NCBI GenBank assembly: GCA_030583765.1
Contig: CP129474.1
Span: 265,709-329,708 of the forward strand
Direction: 5' to 3'
Origin: Minisyncoccota bacterium
GTDB taxonomy: Bacteria; Patescibacteriota; Minisyncoccia; 2-02-FULL-40-12; GWA2-44-9
DNA: 64,000 bases
Shown here: positions 8,960 through 18,125 of the stretch, piece after piece
Layout: each line of letters opens with the position of its first letter
Position numbering within the stretch: the first letter of the stretch is position 1
Position numbers and translations under genes: made by a program
The notes under the pieces: model-generated
Seen by the model: only the letters and a program-made list of their open reading frames with translations
The model's database searches: none
Told to the model about the DNA's origin: nothing

Positions 8960-9034
8960 GGAGCCGGAGGTGGGACTTGAACCCACGGCCTATCGCTTAC
9001 GAAGCGATTGCTCTACCGCTGAGCTACTCCGGCG
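8960..9034 (-). tRNA. tRNA-Thr (anticodon CGU), CCA encoded
   Basis: rc reads GCCGGAGTAGCTCAGCGGTAGAGCAATCGCTTCGTAAGCGATAGGCCGTGGGTTCAAGTCCCACCTCCGGCTCCA. Acceptor GCCGGAG/CTCCGGC, anticodon loop CTTCGTAAG. Confidence 0.85.
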
Positions 9035-9061
9035 CGGTTTTAAAAATTGTCATCCTTGCTC

Positions 9062-9102
9062 CCTGCCTGCCGGCAGGCAGGTACCAGCTGAGCTAAGGTG
9101 GC
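9062..9102 (-). other. tRNA 5'-fragment (GCCACCTTAGCTCAGCTGGTA) fused to a 20-bp perfect palindrome cctgcctgccggcaggcagg
   Basis: rc of 9082-9102 matches a canonical tRNA acceptor plus D-arm 5' half. The GAGC D-stem partner appears only after the palindrome, and no anticodon or T-arm follows before tRNA-Thr begins. Confidence 0.3.
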
Positions 9103-9199
9103 AAAAACAAGGCTTACTATAGCGTAGGTGGCCCAAAAATACCAGATACCGATTTGGGCGATATTGGAACGGTGAGATGATACGGGAATCGCCTTCGGG

Positions 9200-9445
9200 C
9201 TATGGCGATGACAGTAGATTTTTTAGCTTTCTCCTCCCAGCACCGCTTTTCCAGTATAGCTCCCTTTTTCGTGCTTCTGCCGACGTCGTAAATGATTCTG
9301 AAAAAATGAGCTGCAGTGGAACTCGGTATTTTGTAGATGCTACCTTTCCTGCGTTGTGGAGGCGTAAACGCGCCTGAAGGTTATTTGTATATCCAACGTA
9401 CGTTCTACCATCCTTAAGACTGCGCAAAATGTAAATATAAAACAT
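9200..9445 (-). CDS. GIY-YIG nuclease domain protein (UPF0213/YhbQ-like)
   Basis: 81 aa: FYIYILRSLKDGRTYVGYTNNLQARLRLHN… shows the GIY…YIG motifs. Confidence 0.7.
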   Translation of the reverse strand: MFYIYILRSLKDGRTYVGYTNNLQARLRLHNAGKVASTKYRVPLQLIFSESFTTSAEARKRELYWKSGAGRRKLKNLLSSP

Positions 9446-9518
9446 TTACGACGAGCGGGTCGCTCCGCCCCTTTTGGGCGAGGCGGACCTCGCTCAAAAA
9501 TTACTGTAATAATTTTTG

Positions 9519-9589
9519 AGCGGGATACGGGAATCGAACCCGTGTCTCCACCTTGGAAGGGTGGCGTACTACCATTATACGAATCCCGC
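9519..9589 (-). tRNA. tRNA-Gly (anticodon UCC)
   Basis: rc reads GCGGGATTCGTATAATGGTAGTACGCCACCCTTCCAAGGTGGAGACACGGGTTCGATTCCCGTATCCCGC. Anticodon stem CCACC/GGTGG, loop CTTCCAA. Confidence 0.85.
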
Positions 9590-9590
9590 A

Positions 9591-9992
9591 CTAACGAAAG
9601 ATATCATACAGCCAGGCGCGTAGATTGGCAAAAACCCCTCCGCCACCAGTTGCGGACACAGACGCCGGTCGCTCCTCATCCGCTAAGTGCACAAAAACCA
9701 CTTCCTCTCCCTCCGCTTGCACATTTAAACGCAGGCGCGCTTGGCGCTCTAAGAACGCCGGATCATACGCACGCGAGGCCCGAAGAGATAGGAGGTCATT
9801 CTCCTCTTTCCCCTTCGCAATACGCTCTTCTAATTCGCGCACTTGGCGCTCCGCTTCACGCGCCTCAATGTGCACGCGTGCCGTAGCAACAAAGAACCAG
9901 AGCGCAAGGAGGCCCAGAGGAATAATGGCAAATGGTGATCGAATGATGCGCTGCCACATATTGCGATTCCGCTCTTCCATGGTAGAGTACAC
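9591..9992 (-). CDS. septum formation initiator (FtsB/DivIC-like) protein
   Basis: 133 aa: N-terminal TM followed by a coiled-coil (REAERQVRELEERIAKGKEEND). Confidence 0.5.
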   Translation of the reverse strand: MYSTMEERNRNMWQRIIRSPFAIIPLGLLALWFFVATARVHIEAREAERQVRELEERIAKGKEENDLLSLRASRAYDPAFLERQARLRLNVQAEGEEVVFVHLADEERPASVSATGGGGVFANLRAWLYDIFR

Positions 9993-10115
9993 GTATTCCT
10001 ATGATTCCTCAATCGTGGCTTCGCCCCATTTCAATGGTCGTTGCGATACTCCTCACCATCAGCATGGTGATCTTCCTCATCTTGCCGCTCTGGTACTAAG
10101 CGCGCAAATACCAGC

Positions 10116-11915
10116 CTAGCGCTTAAGCATGTCCAAGAAGACGCTGTGAGGAATCTCCACTTTCCCGAGTTCTTCCATCTTCTTTTTGCCTCGTTTTTGC
10201 TTTTCGAGAAGTTTCATTTTGCGCGTGACATCCCCACCATATAAATAGCCCGTCACATCCTTGCGGCGTGCTTTGATGGTTTCGCGAGCGATCACCTTGC
10301 CGCCAATAACAGCCTGCAGTGCGACCGCAAACCACTGTGCCGGAATGATATCTTTAAGCTTCTCCACCATCGCACGACCTTCCCGATACGCAAGCGAGCG
10401 CGGCACAATGCGAGAGAACGGTTCAACAAGGTCATCGGCGACAAGAATATCGAGTCGCACTAAGTCGTCGATACGGAATCCGGAAAGTTCATAGCTCAGT
10501 GATGCATACCCAGAAGAAACGCTCTTGAGTTGATCATAAAAATCCGTGATGAGTTCAGCTAGAGGAATGGTGTAGCGCAACACCGCCGTATCGCTACCCA
10601 AGTATTCAGTGGCTTCATAGACACTCCGTCGTGTTGCAGCAAGCTCCATCACCCCACCTACATATGTTGATGGTGTGATAATTTCTACGCGCGCAATAGG
10701 CTCAGCGATCATGGTAACGTGCGAAGGATCTGGCAAGAGCGCCGCGGAGCGAATGAGCAACTCTTCGCCATTTTTTAATGTCACCTGATATTCCACCGAT
10801 GGTGAAGAAACGATGAGCTTCAACTGAAACTCTCGCCGCAGACGTTCAGAAATGATTTCCACATGCAGCATGCCCAAAAAGCCAACGCGAAATCCGCGAC
10901 CAAGTCCCGCCGATGATTCTGGCTCGTAGACAAGTGATGCATCAGTGAGTTTCAACTTCCCGAGCGCATCTTTGAGCACGTCATATTCTTCGCCGTTCTC
11001 TGGAAAAAAACTTGCAAACACCATGGGGGTCGCTTGGCGATACCCTGGCAACGGCTCGAACGCGGTGTTCTGCGCCTCGCGCTGGAGGGTGATGGTGTCA
11101 CCCACGTGAATCTGCCCAGGATCCTTGATCCCCGTAGCGATGTAGCCGATCATGCCGGGCTCGAGAGACTTCTCTGGTGTTTGCTGTGGCGCAAACCAGC
11201 CCGTTTCCAGTACTTCAGCGCGCGCCTTCGTCGCCCATGCAAGCACAGTATCACGATTACCAATTGCTCCGCTTACCATTCGCACGTATGCAATAACGCC
11301 TTTATAGGCATCAAATGAGGAGTCGAAGATGAGCGCGCGCGTTGGCCCATCAACGTGGCGAGGAGGTGGCACATCCCGAACAACGCGATCAAGAAGTTCA
11401 GCAACGCCGGTTCCCTGTTTCGCAGAAATACTAAGGATGGTTTCGGGAGTAATGCCAAGGAGAAGCGAAAGCTGTTCTTTTACAATCTCCGTGCGCGCGT
11501 TTGGTAGATCCACTTTGTTAATCGCTGGGACGATCACTAATCCTTGGCGCTGAGCAAGGTGGAGGTTCGCCAATGTCTGCGCCTGGATCCCTTTTGTAGC
11601 ATCAACAAGCAAAATAGCGCCCTCAACTGCCGCAAGCGACCGTGAGACTTCGTATGAAAAATCGACATGGCCCGGCGTGTCGATAAGATTTAAGGTGTAT
11701 GGCTGCTGTGCGCCCTTTGGTGTGTAGCGCATGCGCACTGGCTGTAATTTAATCGTGATGCCACGCTCCCGCTCAAGATCCATCTGATCAAGATACTGGT
11801 TCTGCATCTTACGACGCTCAACGGCGCCCGTGAGTTCAAGAAAACGATCGGCAAGCGTCGACTTGCCGTGGTCAATGTGGGCGATAATAACGAAGTTACG
11901 TATCAGATCGTGCAT
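10116..11915 (-). CDS. lepA: elongation factor 4 (LepA)
   Basis: 599 aa. G-domain AHIDHGKST, DTPGHVDF, and the LepA-specific C-terminal domain. Confidence 0.9.
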   Translation of the reverse strand: MHDLIRNFVIIAHIDHGKSTLADRFLELTGAVERRKMQNQYLDQMDLERERGITIKLQPVRMRYTPKGAQQPYTLNLIDTPGHVDFSYEVSRSLAAVEGAILLVDATKGIQAQTLANLHLAQRQGLVIVPAINKVDLPNARTEIVKEQLSLLLGITPETILSISAKQGTGVAELLDRVVRDVPPPRHVDGPTRALIFDSSFDAYKGVIAYVRMVSGAIGNRDTVLAWATKARAEVLETGWFAPQQTPEKSLEPGMIGYIATGIKDPGQIHVGDTITLQREAQNTAFEPLPGYRQATPMVFASFFPENGEEYDVLKDALGKLKLTDASLVYEPESSAGLGRGFRVGFLGMLHVEIISERLRREFQLKLIVSSPSVEYQVTLKNGEELLIRSAALLPDPSHVTMIAEPIARVEIITPSTYVGGVMELAATRRSVYEATEYLGSDTAVLRYTIPLAELITDFYDQLKSVSSGYASLSYELSGFRIDDLVRLDILVADDLVEPFSRIVPRSLAYREGRAMVEKLKDIIPAQWFAVALQAVIGGKVIARETIKARRKDVTGYLYGGDVTRKMKLLEKQKRGKKKMEELGKVEIPHSVFLDMLKR

Positions 11916-11935
11916 GGACCCTACCCTACCATGAG

Positions 11936-13282
11936 TCAGCGCTTATCCGCAATTCGTGAAAGTCGCATCTGAAGCACAATAGTCAATACAAGCGCCTGCA
12001 CCACCGAGCCCGCAACAGTCGCGACAATAAGCACCGAAAGAGAGATGGCTCCCTGTATGTATGCGGCTCCGATAATACTTCCCGTGGCAATAATCCCGCA
12101 CAACGCGGCGTAGAGAGGCGTACGCGTATCGTGGAGCGCATAAAATGCACGGGCAACAATGTGAATGAGGCCCTGTGGTACAACACCGATCATAAAAAGG
12201 GCTATGGCTCCCGAAAGCAATGCGGCATCTGGCCCCGTAGGAGTGCCTGCACCAAACGCTATGCGCGCGATAGGCTCGGCAAAGAAAATGCCAAGACCAG
12301 CTGCGAGAAGTAGGAGCCCGGAAATGCGCAGTGCCGCTTTCGATACTAAGCGTCGAAACTCAGGCCACGCCTGTTGTGCCGCGGAGCGAGAGAGCTGTGG
12401 AAATGCCGCAGTAGCTCCCGCAATTGCGATGAGCGACACGGGGACAAAGTGCACATTCGAGGCAAGTGCGAGTATAGAAATACCCCCCGCCGGCAGCAAT
12501 GATGCCGCCATCGTCGTTATGGTCGTGCTCAACTGTTGTGCCCCTAGTGCTAATGTACGGGGCACCATGAGGCGCACGACGGTAAAAAGACCCGTTCCCC
12601 GCAATGCCCACGAGGGAGCCCAGTGGAATCCTGCTCGCCGCGCGGCGATCCACTGCGTACATGCGTGCAATAAAGCGCCCAACAAAACGCCATACACAAG
12701 ACCTGTTACTGGATCCCCTCCAAAACGCATCTCGTGTGGCGCAAGGTAAAGCGCTCCAATAATAATCCCTCCGTTATACAACACAGGAGCAATCGCGTAT
12801 GCAAGAAATCTCTCGCGCGCTTGCAACACTGCGCCCGCGATAGTGCCAATAGCAAACAGCACGGGGCTCCAAGCCATAAGAGCAATCGCCGAGGCAAGGC
12901 GCGCCTGCCCCGCGACATCAAGCCCGGGACCTACAATGCGAGACACCGCATCTGCGCCCAATCCGAGCACAACAACGCCAAGCGCTGTGAGCGTTACCGC
13001 CCACGTTCCAAACACGCGCGCAAGCCTCCATGCCGTATCTTCACGCTTTTCAAGATACGAGACGAACACGGGAATGAATGCGGATGCAACGCCACCAAGT
13101 ACCAACAAATTAAACAGAAGGTCTGGGAATCGAAATGCTGCATAGTAAATATCAAGCGTATCGCCTGCACCGAAAGAGCTGGCGAGAATTCGATCACGCA
13201 AAAGACCCGTCGCCTTTGCAAAGAAGGAAAAGAATGCCAGGAGTATCCCGGCACGCATGAACCCAAGAGAAGAAGTGCGCAT
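11936..13282 (-). CDS. murJ: lipid II flippase MurJ
   Basis: 448 aa with 12+ TM helices and MviN/MurJ-like N-terminal region (…LLRDRILASSFGAGDTLDIYYAAFRFPDLLFNLL…). Confidence 0.8.
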   Translation of the reverse strand: MRTSSLGFMRAGILLAFFSFFAKATGLLRDRILASSFGAGDTLDIYYAAFRFPDLLFNLLVLGGVASAFIPVFVSYLEKREDTAWRLARVFGTWAVTLTALGVVVLGLGADAVSRIVGPGLDVAGQARLASAIALMAWSPVLFAIGTIAGAVLQARERFLAYAIAPVLYNGGIIIGALYLAPHEMRFGGDPVTGLVYGVLLGALLHACTQWIAARRAGFHWAPSWALRGTGLFTVVRLMVPRTLALGAQQLSTTITTMAASLLPAGGISILALASNVHFVPVSLIAIAGATAAFPQLSRSAAQQAWPEFRRLVSKAALRISGLLLLAAGLGIFFAEPIARIAFGAGTPTGPDAALLSGAIALFMIGVVPQGLIHIVARAFYALHDTRTPLYAALCGIIATGSIIGAAYIQGAISLSVLIVATVAGSVVQALVLTIVLQMRLSRIADKR

Positions 13283-13290
13283 ACCCTATA

Positions 13291-15795
13291 CTACTGCGTT
13301 GCGAACCGGATGGCGAGATCGCGATCCAGCGTACCGCTCCACGACCATGCAGCGTCCTTGTGTGCAATATCACCTTCCGCGCGAACATGTGGCGCATCGG
13401 GGAACGTGAACGCGACATCAAGAGGCTTAAGGAGCATGCCCGGCTGCTTTTGCACGGTCAGCTCATACGCTTTCGTGTCGGTCCGCGGAACACTATACGA
13501 GAGTGTAACCGTCTTTTCGGCGCCAGGCTTTGTAACCATCCAAAAGCCAAAGACTGTTCTGTCGCTTTCTGTGGTAACGCGCACACCATTTGCAAGCTCG
13601 GTTCCCTGTTCGATACTCTGCAACACTGGATCGGTAGTCGCGTCTGCATAGGTGACAAGTGGCGCATGCGCCGGAGTATCGTTCCCCGTTATCGCGCTCA
13701 ACTGCGCACCACGCGGCACAACGACGCGCACATATGCCGGATTCTCGGTGTTATAGATGGGTAGCGCATGATCCCCGCCACGGTGCACGCGCGTGAGCGT
13801 GAGCGTGTGCTCGCTTGCAGCGTTATAGACAGTCGTCTTCAAGGATGCGCGTGTATCCGTCAACGCATCGGTCTTGGCCCCTTTCACGTTTGCAAAAACC
13901 GTCATCAAAAAGTCCCCCGTGTCAGAGCGAACGTGGCCGTCAAACCCCTTCTCTCGCGCAAACGCCTGCACATCCTCGTTGCGGAAGTACATGAGCATAT
14001 CTTTTCGCTCAAGTGCCGCAACAAAAATACGCAGCATGGAAAGCCACTGCTCTCTCCCACTCGATGCGATCTTTTCCACGACGAGTGGTGCAGCATCAAT
14101 GATAACCTGCTTGGGTTTATTCTGCTTTCGATTTTCCCCGTATTCCACTTCACGCTGAAGCTCTTCCAAAAATGTATCGCTCTTGAGTGTGATGTTATAT
14201 GCCGGCATTGGGATCGCCCCCACCACATCTAACACTTCACCAAGCACCTTTGTATTAATCGCGATCACGCCATCCGCATCAAGGCCTGTCTCTTTTTTAA
14301 AGAATGAGAGCGTTACCTCCGCTGATGTTGGCCCGTCAATGAACCAACCCGCATCACGCATCGCCCAGTGAGGGGTGATGTGCTGGAGCGCTTTGGGCGG
14401 AACTATTTTTTCTTTTAACTGCCCGTCTGGATTATAAATATCATCTGCCTTAAACGAACTCATGCGACCGCCAGAAAACTCCAAAATGCCATAGCTGCCC
14501 GGAAAACCGCCCATTGGGCGCGCCTCGCTATCGTTCAAGAAGAGCACGAGAAAACGACGATCATCCCCAATCCCGATCATGTACTGGAGGAGGTCGATAT
14601 ACTTTACGCCATCCCGCACCACGGTGTGGAGCGCGGGAAGCTGTTCGGTAAACGTAGCGAGCGCAGCACGCTTGTCTTCGGGAAGCGTGGCGGGGTCAAT
14701 ATCAGCAACGAGCTCTGAGGCGCGCTCCATGTTTGCATCGGCAAGTGCCAGCGCCGCAGCAAGTGGACGAATTTTTTCAGTGACGAGTGTTCGTGTATTT
14801 GCATCCTGCTGCAGTATGGCGCCCGTACTGGAAAGCTTATCAACCGCATCCGCAAGCGCGTGGCCCGCATCTGCGATGAGCGTTCCTGCGCGGACTAAAT
14901 TCCTCCCTGTACGATATGCCTCTGTCCCCGGCAGCTTCGCGATCAGTGCGCCAAGTCCTTCGCCAAAGACATCAACGTCTTTTTGAAGCTGTGAGAACTG
15001 CTCAAATGCAGATAAGAAATTTGCTGACGCATCATGAAAACGTAGCTCTGCGATATGCTGCTTTGCTTGTGATAGGTTATCGATGGCGATCGTTGAGTCG
15101 CGCATGACACGAGACTTCAATTCAGACCCGTAACGAGAAAGGCCGATCATGCCCGCCGTCACCAAGCCCGCGGCAATAAAAAATGCGAAGAGTGGCCCCC
15201 AGCGCATGCGACGGCGCGGTGCCTCAACGCGGATAGGCGGCATATGGATAACGCGCGTGGGATCCGCTGGAGATTGTGCGGAAGCACCGCTCCACCACTC
15301 TCCCACCTCTTCAGATCGCATCGCGGACGCAAAACGCACAGAAGACTCTTGCGGATCTAGGTGCGCCATTACGCTATATTCAGAAACAGGACGCTGGCGA
15401 CGCAGCTCGGTTGCGATATCATCATGCCAACGCTCCGCCACTGCCGGAGATGGCTTTTGGAGCGAACCGCGAATGCGCGTTGGCTTTGGAGCGACTTCTT
15501 GGCTTCCACTCGCAAGCGTTGCAGAAAATGCAACCTCCTTAGCAATAGACTCCTCGAGCATTCGCGAGAGCTCAGCACGAGCTTCCGCATCAGACATGAG
15601 GCGTGAGGTAGCCCGAATCACCGGCTCCGCTTCAAGTGGCGCCGTCGCAGCTACGGCAACGCGCGTTTGGCGTGGCTCAATGCGAAGGTTTACCTCCGCA
15701 GGCAGTGGAGCTTGCGCACGAGAGAAAGCGCCCGTACCTGGTGCGGGTTTTACATCGAAAAGGGCCCCTGTTACGTGTTGGGATTTCTGGGGCAT
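13291..15795 (-). CDS. large membrane-anchored extracytoplasmic protein (possibly DUF4012 family)
   Basis: 834 aa with a single TM near residue 200. Sits in a cell-envelope gene neighbourhood (murJ and glycosyltransferases). The family assignment is from memory only. Confidence 0.45.
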   Translation of the reverse strand: MPQKSQHVTGALFDVKPAPGTGAFSRAQAPLPAEVNLRIEPRQTRVAVAATAPLEAEPVIRATSRLMSDAEARAELSRMLEESIAKEVAFSATLASGSQEVAPKPTRIRGSLQKPSPAVAERWHDDIATELRRQRPVSEYSVMAHLDPQESSVRFASAMRSEEVGEWWSGASAQSPADPTRVIHMPPIRVEAPRRRMRWGPLFAFFIAAGLVTAGMIGLSRYGSELKSRVMRDSTIAIDNLSQAKQHIAELRFHDASANFLSAFEQFSQLQKDVDVFGEGLGALIAKLPGTEAYRTGRNLVRAGTLIADAGHALADAVDKLSSTGAILQQDANTRTLVTEKIRPLAAALALADANMERASELVADIDPATLPEDKRAALATFTEQLPALHTVVRDGVKYIDLLQYMIGIGDDRRFLVLFLNDSEARPMGGFPGSYGILEFSGGRMSSFKADDIYNPDGQLKEKIVPPKALQHITPHWAMRDAGWFIDGPTSAEVTLSFFKKETGLDADGVIAINTKVLGEVLDVVGAIPMPAYNITLKSDTFLEELQREVEYGENRKQNKPKQVIIDAAPLVVEKIASSGREQWLSMLRIFVAALERKDMLMYFRNEDVQAFAREKGFDGHVRSDTGDFLMTVFANVKGAKTDALTDTRASLKTTVYNAASEHTLTLTRVHRGGDHALPIYNTENPAYVRVVVPRGAQLSAITGNDTPAHAPLVTYADATTDPVLQSIEQGTELANGVRVTTESDRTVFGFWMVTKPGAEKTVTLSYSVPRTDTKAYELTVQKQPGMLLKPLDVAFTFPDAPHVRAEGDIAHKDAAWSWSGTLDRDLAIRFATQ

Positions 15796-15852
15796 GCGTA
15801 CCCCTTCAGTATAGCCGTTTTTCCCTCACTCGTGAGTAAAAAATGTGGAGAA

Positions 15853-17001
15853 TCACCCACGCAAAACGGCCAAAGTTGCACGCGCCGCGTCCTCCCACGA
15901 AAAATGCTGCGCACGAGCCTTTCCACGCATAGCCATCATATCGTGTAGCGCATCATCGAGTACCAGTTCACGCATGGCACGAGCAAGCGAATCGCTATGA
16001 TACGGAGAAACGAGAAGTGCGGCATCGTGGAGCACTTCGGGCAACGATCCGACGTCAGACGCGATCACGGGAACGCCCAACGCACACGCGGCAAGAGGTG
16101 GAAAACCAAATCCCTCCAGAAAAGATGGATATACCAGCACGCGCGCACCAGCGAGAAGTGTATCTCGCTCTGATTCAGAAACGTCTGTGCGCACATCGAT
16201 GCGATCACGAAACGGATGCCACTCAATCGCGCTCGAAACAGCGTGCATATCGTGTCCCGCGTAACCCACAAGACAAAGGCGCACATGGGGAATGCGTGCG
16301 GCACACTGCGCAAATGCTTCGAGTACACTTGCAACATTCTTTCGCGGCTCAAACGTTCCCAGAGCCATGATGTACGGATCGCCAGCGCGCACGCCACTCA
16401 CTGAAACGCTTGCATGCGGAAGCCCTGAATAGACGACCCGTACACGCTCATCCGGAATGCCGTACTCACGCACGATATCAATTTTTGTTGCATGCGAGAC
16501 CGCAATCACCGCATCAGAGGCCCGAACGAACCGCCGAGGTTGCATGGCAATGTGCCAGAGCTTCTGTTTTAAGGAAAAGAAATGAGGGGCAACGACAAAC
16601 GAAAGATCGTGCACGGTCGTTACTCGCCGACACTTCTGCGAAAGAGCTCCCGCAAGAATGTGGGGAAAGAAAAAAACATCAGCGCCGCCCACAAGCTCAT
16701 CAAGTGGCAGTGCGCCCAAGAGCGCGGCACCAAAGAGTACGCGGTTAGAAATGCGCCCGTGCACCACATGCACGTTGGGCGCCTGCGGCAGAAGGTCAGT
16801 AGGAACTGGCCGCGCGCCAGCCCAAAAGAGCTTGAATGTAACGTCGGGAGCGGAAGCAATAAGCTGCGGCAACAGCGAGAGGATATACTCCTCAACGCCA
16901 CTGCGCCTCCCCGACCCAAGCGCACGAATATCAACGCCAATAACCATAGCACCAGCATAGAGAAAGATCCGCATAAAAACAAAGGCCCGTGCCGAGAGCA
17001 A
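15853..17001 (-). CDS. glycosyltransferase family 4
   Basis: C-terminal GT4 motif …VYPSFLEGFGFPPLAACALGVPVIAS…. Confidence 0.75.
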   Translation of the reverse strand: MLSARAFVFMRIFLYAGAMVIGVDIRALGSGRRSGVEEYILSLLPQLIASAPDVTFKLFWAGARPVPTDLLPQAPNVHVVHGRISNRVLFGAALLGALPLDELVGGADVFFFPHILAGALSQKCRRVTTVHDLSFVVAPHFFSLKQKLWHIAMQPRRFVRASDAVIAVSHATKIDIVREYGIPDERVRVVYSGLPHASVSVSGVRAGDPYIMALGTFEPRKNVASVLEAFAQCAARIPHVRLCLVGYAGHDMHAVSSAIEWHPFRDRIDVRTDVSESERDTLLAGARVLVYPSFLEGFGFPPLAACALGVPVIASDVGSLPEVLHDAALLVSPYHSDSLARAMRELVLDDALHDMMAMRGKARAQHFSWEDAARATLAVLRG

Positions 17002-17045
17002 TGTGCTACTTTGCCACTTAATTATAGCACTAAATTATACAAAAG

Positions 17046-18125
17046 TCAATCTCGAAAAAGTGCCTGTATTCGGCTTAAAAAGACGCTCGTTGAGAACTGC
17101 TCTGCACGCTTTCTGCACGCTTCTGGCGTGTATGTTTCTCCACGGAATGTATGCAGAGCACTTGCAAATGCTTCCACACTCTGCTCATGCACCAAAGTAC
17201 CCGTGACGCCATCAAGCACCGTTTCTGCCGCTCCCCCACGCGCATACGCGATCACTGGCGTGCCACACGCCATTGCTTCAACGGGCACGATACCGAAATC
17301 TTCTTCTTGCGGAAAGACGAGCGCTTGCGCATGGGCGTACAAATCTCGAAGCTCGTCATCCGACACGCGGCCTACGAACGTTACCGCACCTTGCGCGAGG
17401 CGCTCAAGTCGCGCGCGCTCTGGCCCGTCACCAACGATAACCAGCGGCACGCCAGCCGCCCTTGCTGCGCGAATAGCAATATCAAATCTCTTATATGAAA
17501 CGAGGCGCCCCGCAGCAAGGAATACATCTCTCCGCGCATTCTGCACGGGATAAAATACATCGGTGCGCACGGGAGGATAGATAATAGGAGCACTTCGCTT
17601 CCAGTACGCCTCGATTCGTTCTGCGACAGTACGCGAAATAGCAACCATGTCCGTTGCTCGTTGCGCCGCATGTGCATCCCATAACCGAATGTATGCCTGT
17701 ATGGGCGCAACTGCCGCCCGTGTGATTGCAGGGTACCCAAGGTGTTTCCAAAACGCATGGCTCCCCTCCCATAAAAAACGCGGCGGCGTGAGGCAGTAGG
17801 CAATATGGCGAGTGTGCGGACGAGTGATAATTCCTTTCGCAAATGGACCAGCAATGCTGATCACCGCATCAAACGAAGAGAAGTCCCAGCCCTCTACCGC
17901 AAGTGGAAGAAGTGGTGTATACGCATGCGGATACCGCGTTGCAAGCGGAAGCGATTGAATAAATGATGTTCGAATAACACGTCCTGCGAATACGCCTCCC
18001 GTTCCTTGCTCGTCATACACCGTAGTATATATGGGCGCATCGGGCCACAGCGATGCAAGCGCCTGGAGCACGCGCTCTGCGCCACCAAACTGCGTGAGGT
18101 GATCGTATACGAGCGCTACCTTCAT
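17046..18125 (-). CDS. glycosyltransferase family 4
   Basis: 359 aa. GT1/GT4 E-X7-E region (FPQEEDFGIVPVEAMACGTPVIA). Confidence 0.75.
   Translation of the reverse strand: MKVALVYDHLTQFGGAERVLQALASLWPDAPIYTTVYDEQGTGGVFAGRVIRTSFIQSLPLATRYPHAYTPLLPLAVEGWDFSSFDAVISIAGPFAKGIITRPHTRHIAYCLTPPRFLWEGSHAFWKHLGYPAITRAAVAPIQAYIRLWDAHAAQRATDMVAISRTVAERIEAYWKRSAPIIYPPVRTDVFYPVQNARRDVFLAAGRLVSYKRFDIAIRAARAAGVPLVIVGDGPERARLERLAQGAVTFVGRVSDDELRDLYAHAQALVFPQEEDFGIVPVEAMACGTPVIAYARGGAAETVLDGVTGTLVHEQSVEAFASALHTFRGETYTPEACRKRAEQFSTSVFLSRIQALFRD

Noticed and set aside
12734-13651. 305-aa plus-strand ORF antisense to murJ and the 834-aa gene
   Set aside because: Arg/Cys/His-rich composition typical of antisense frames in GC-rich DNA. 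The minus-strand genes have clear homology.
16582-17553. 323-aa plus-strand ORF across the two GT4 genes
   Set aside because: Antisense to two confident glycosyltransferase genes. Low-complexity Arg/Ser/Pro-rich translation.
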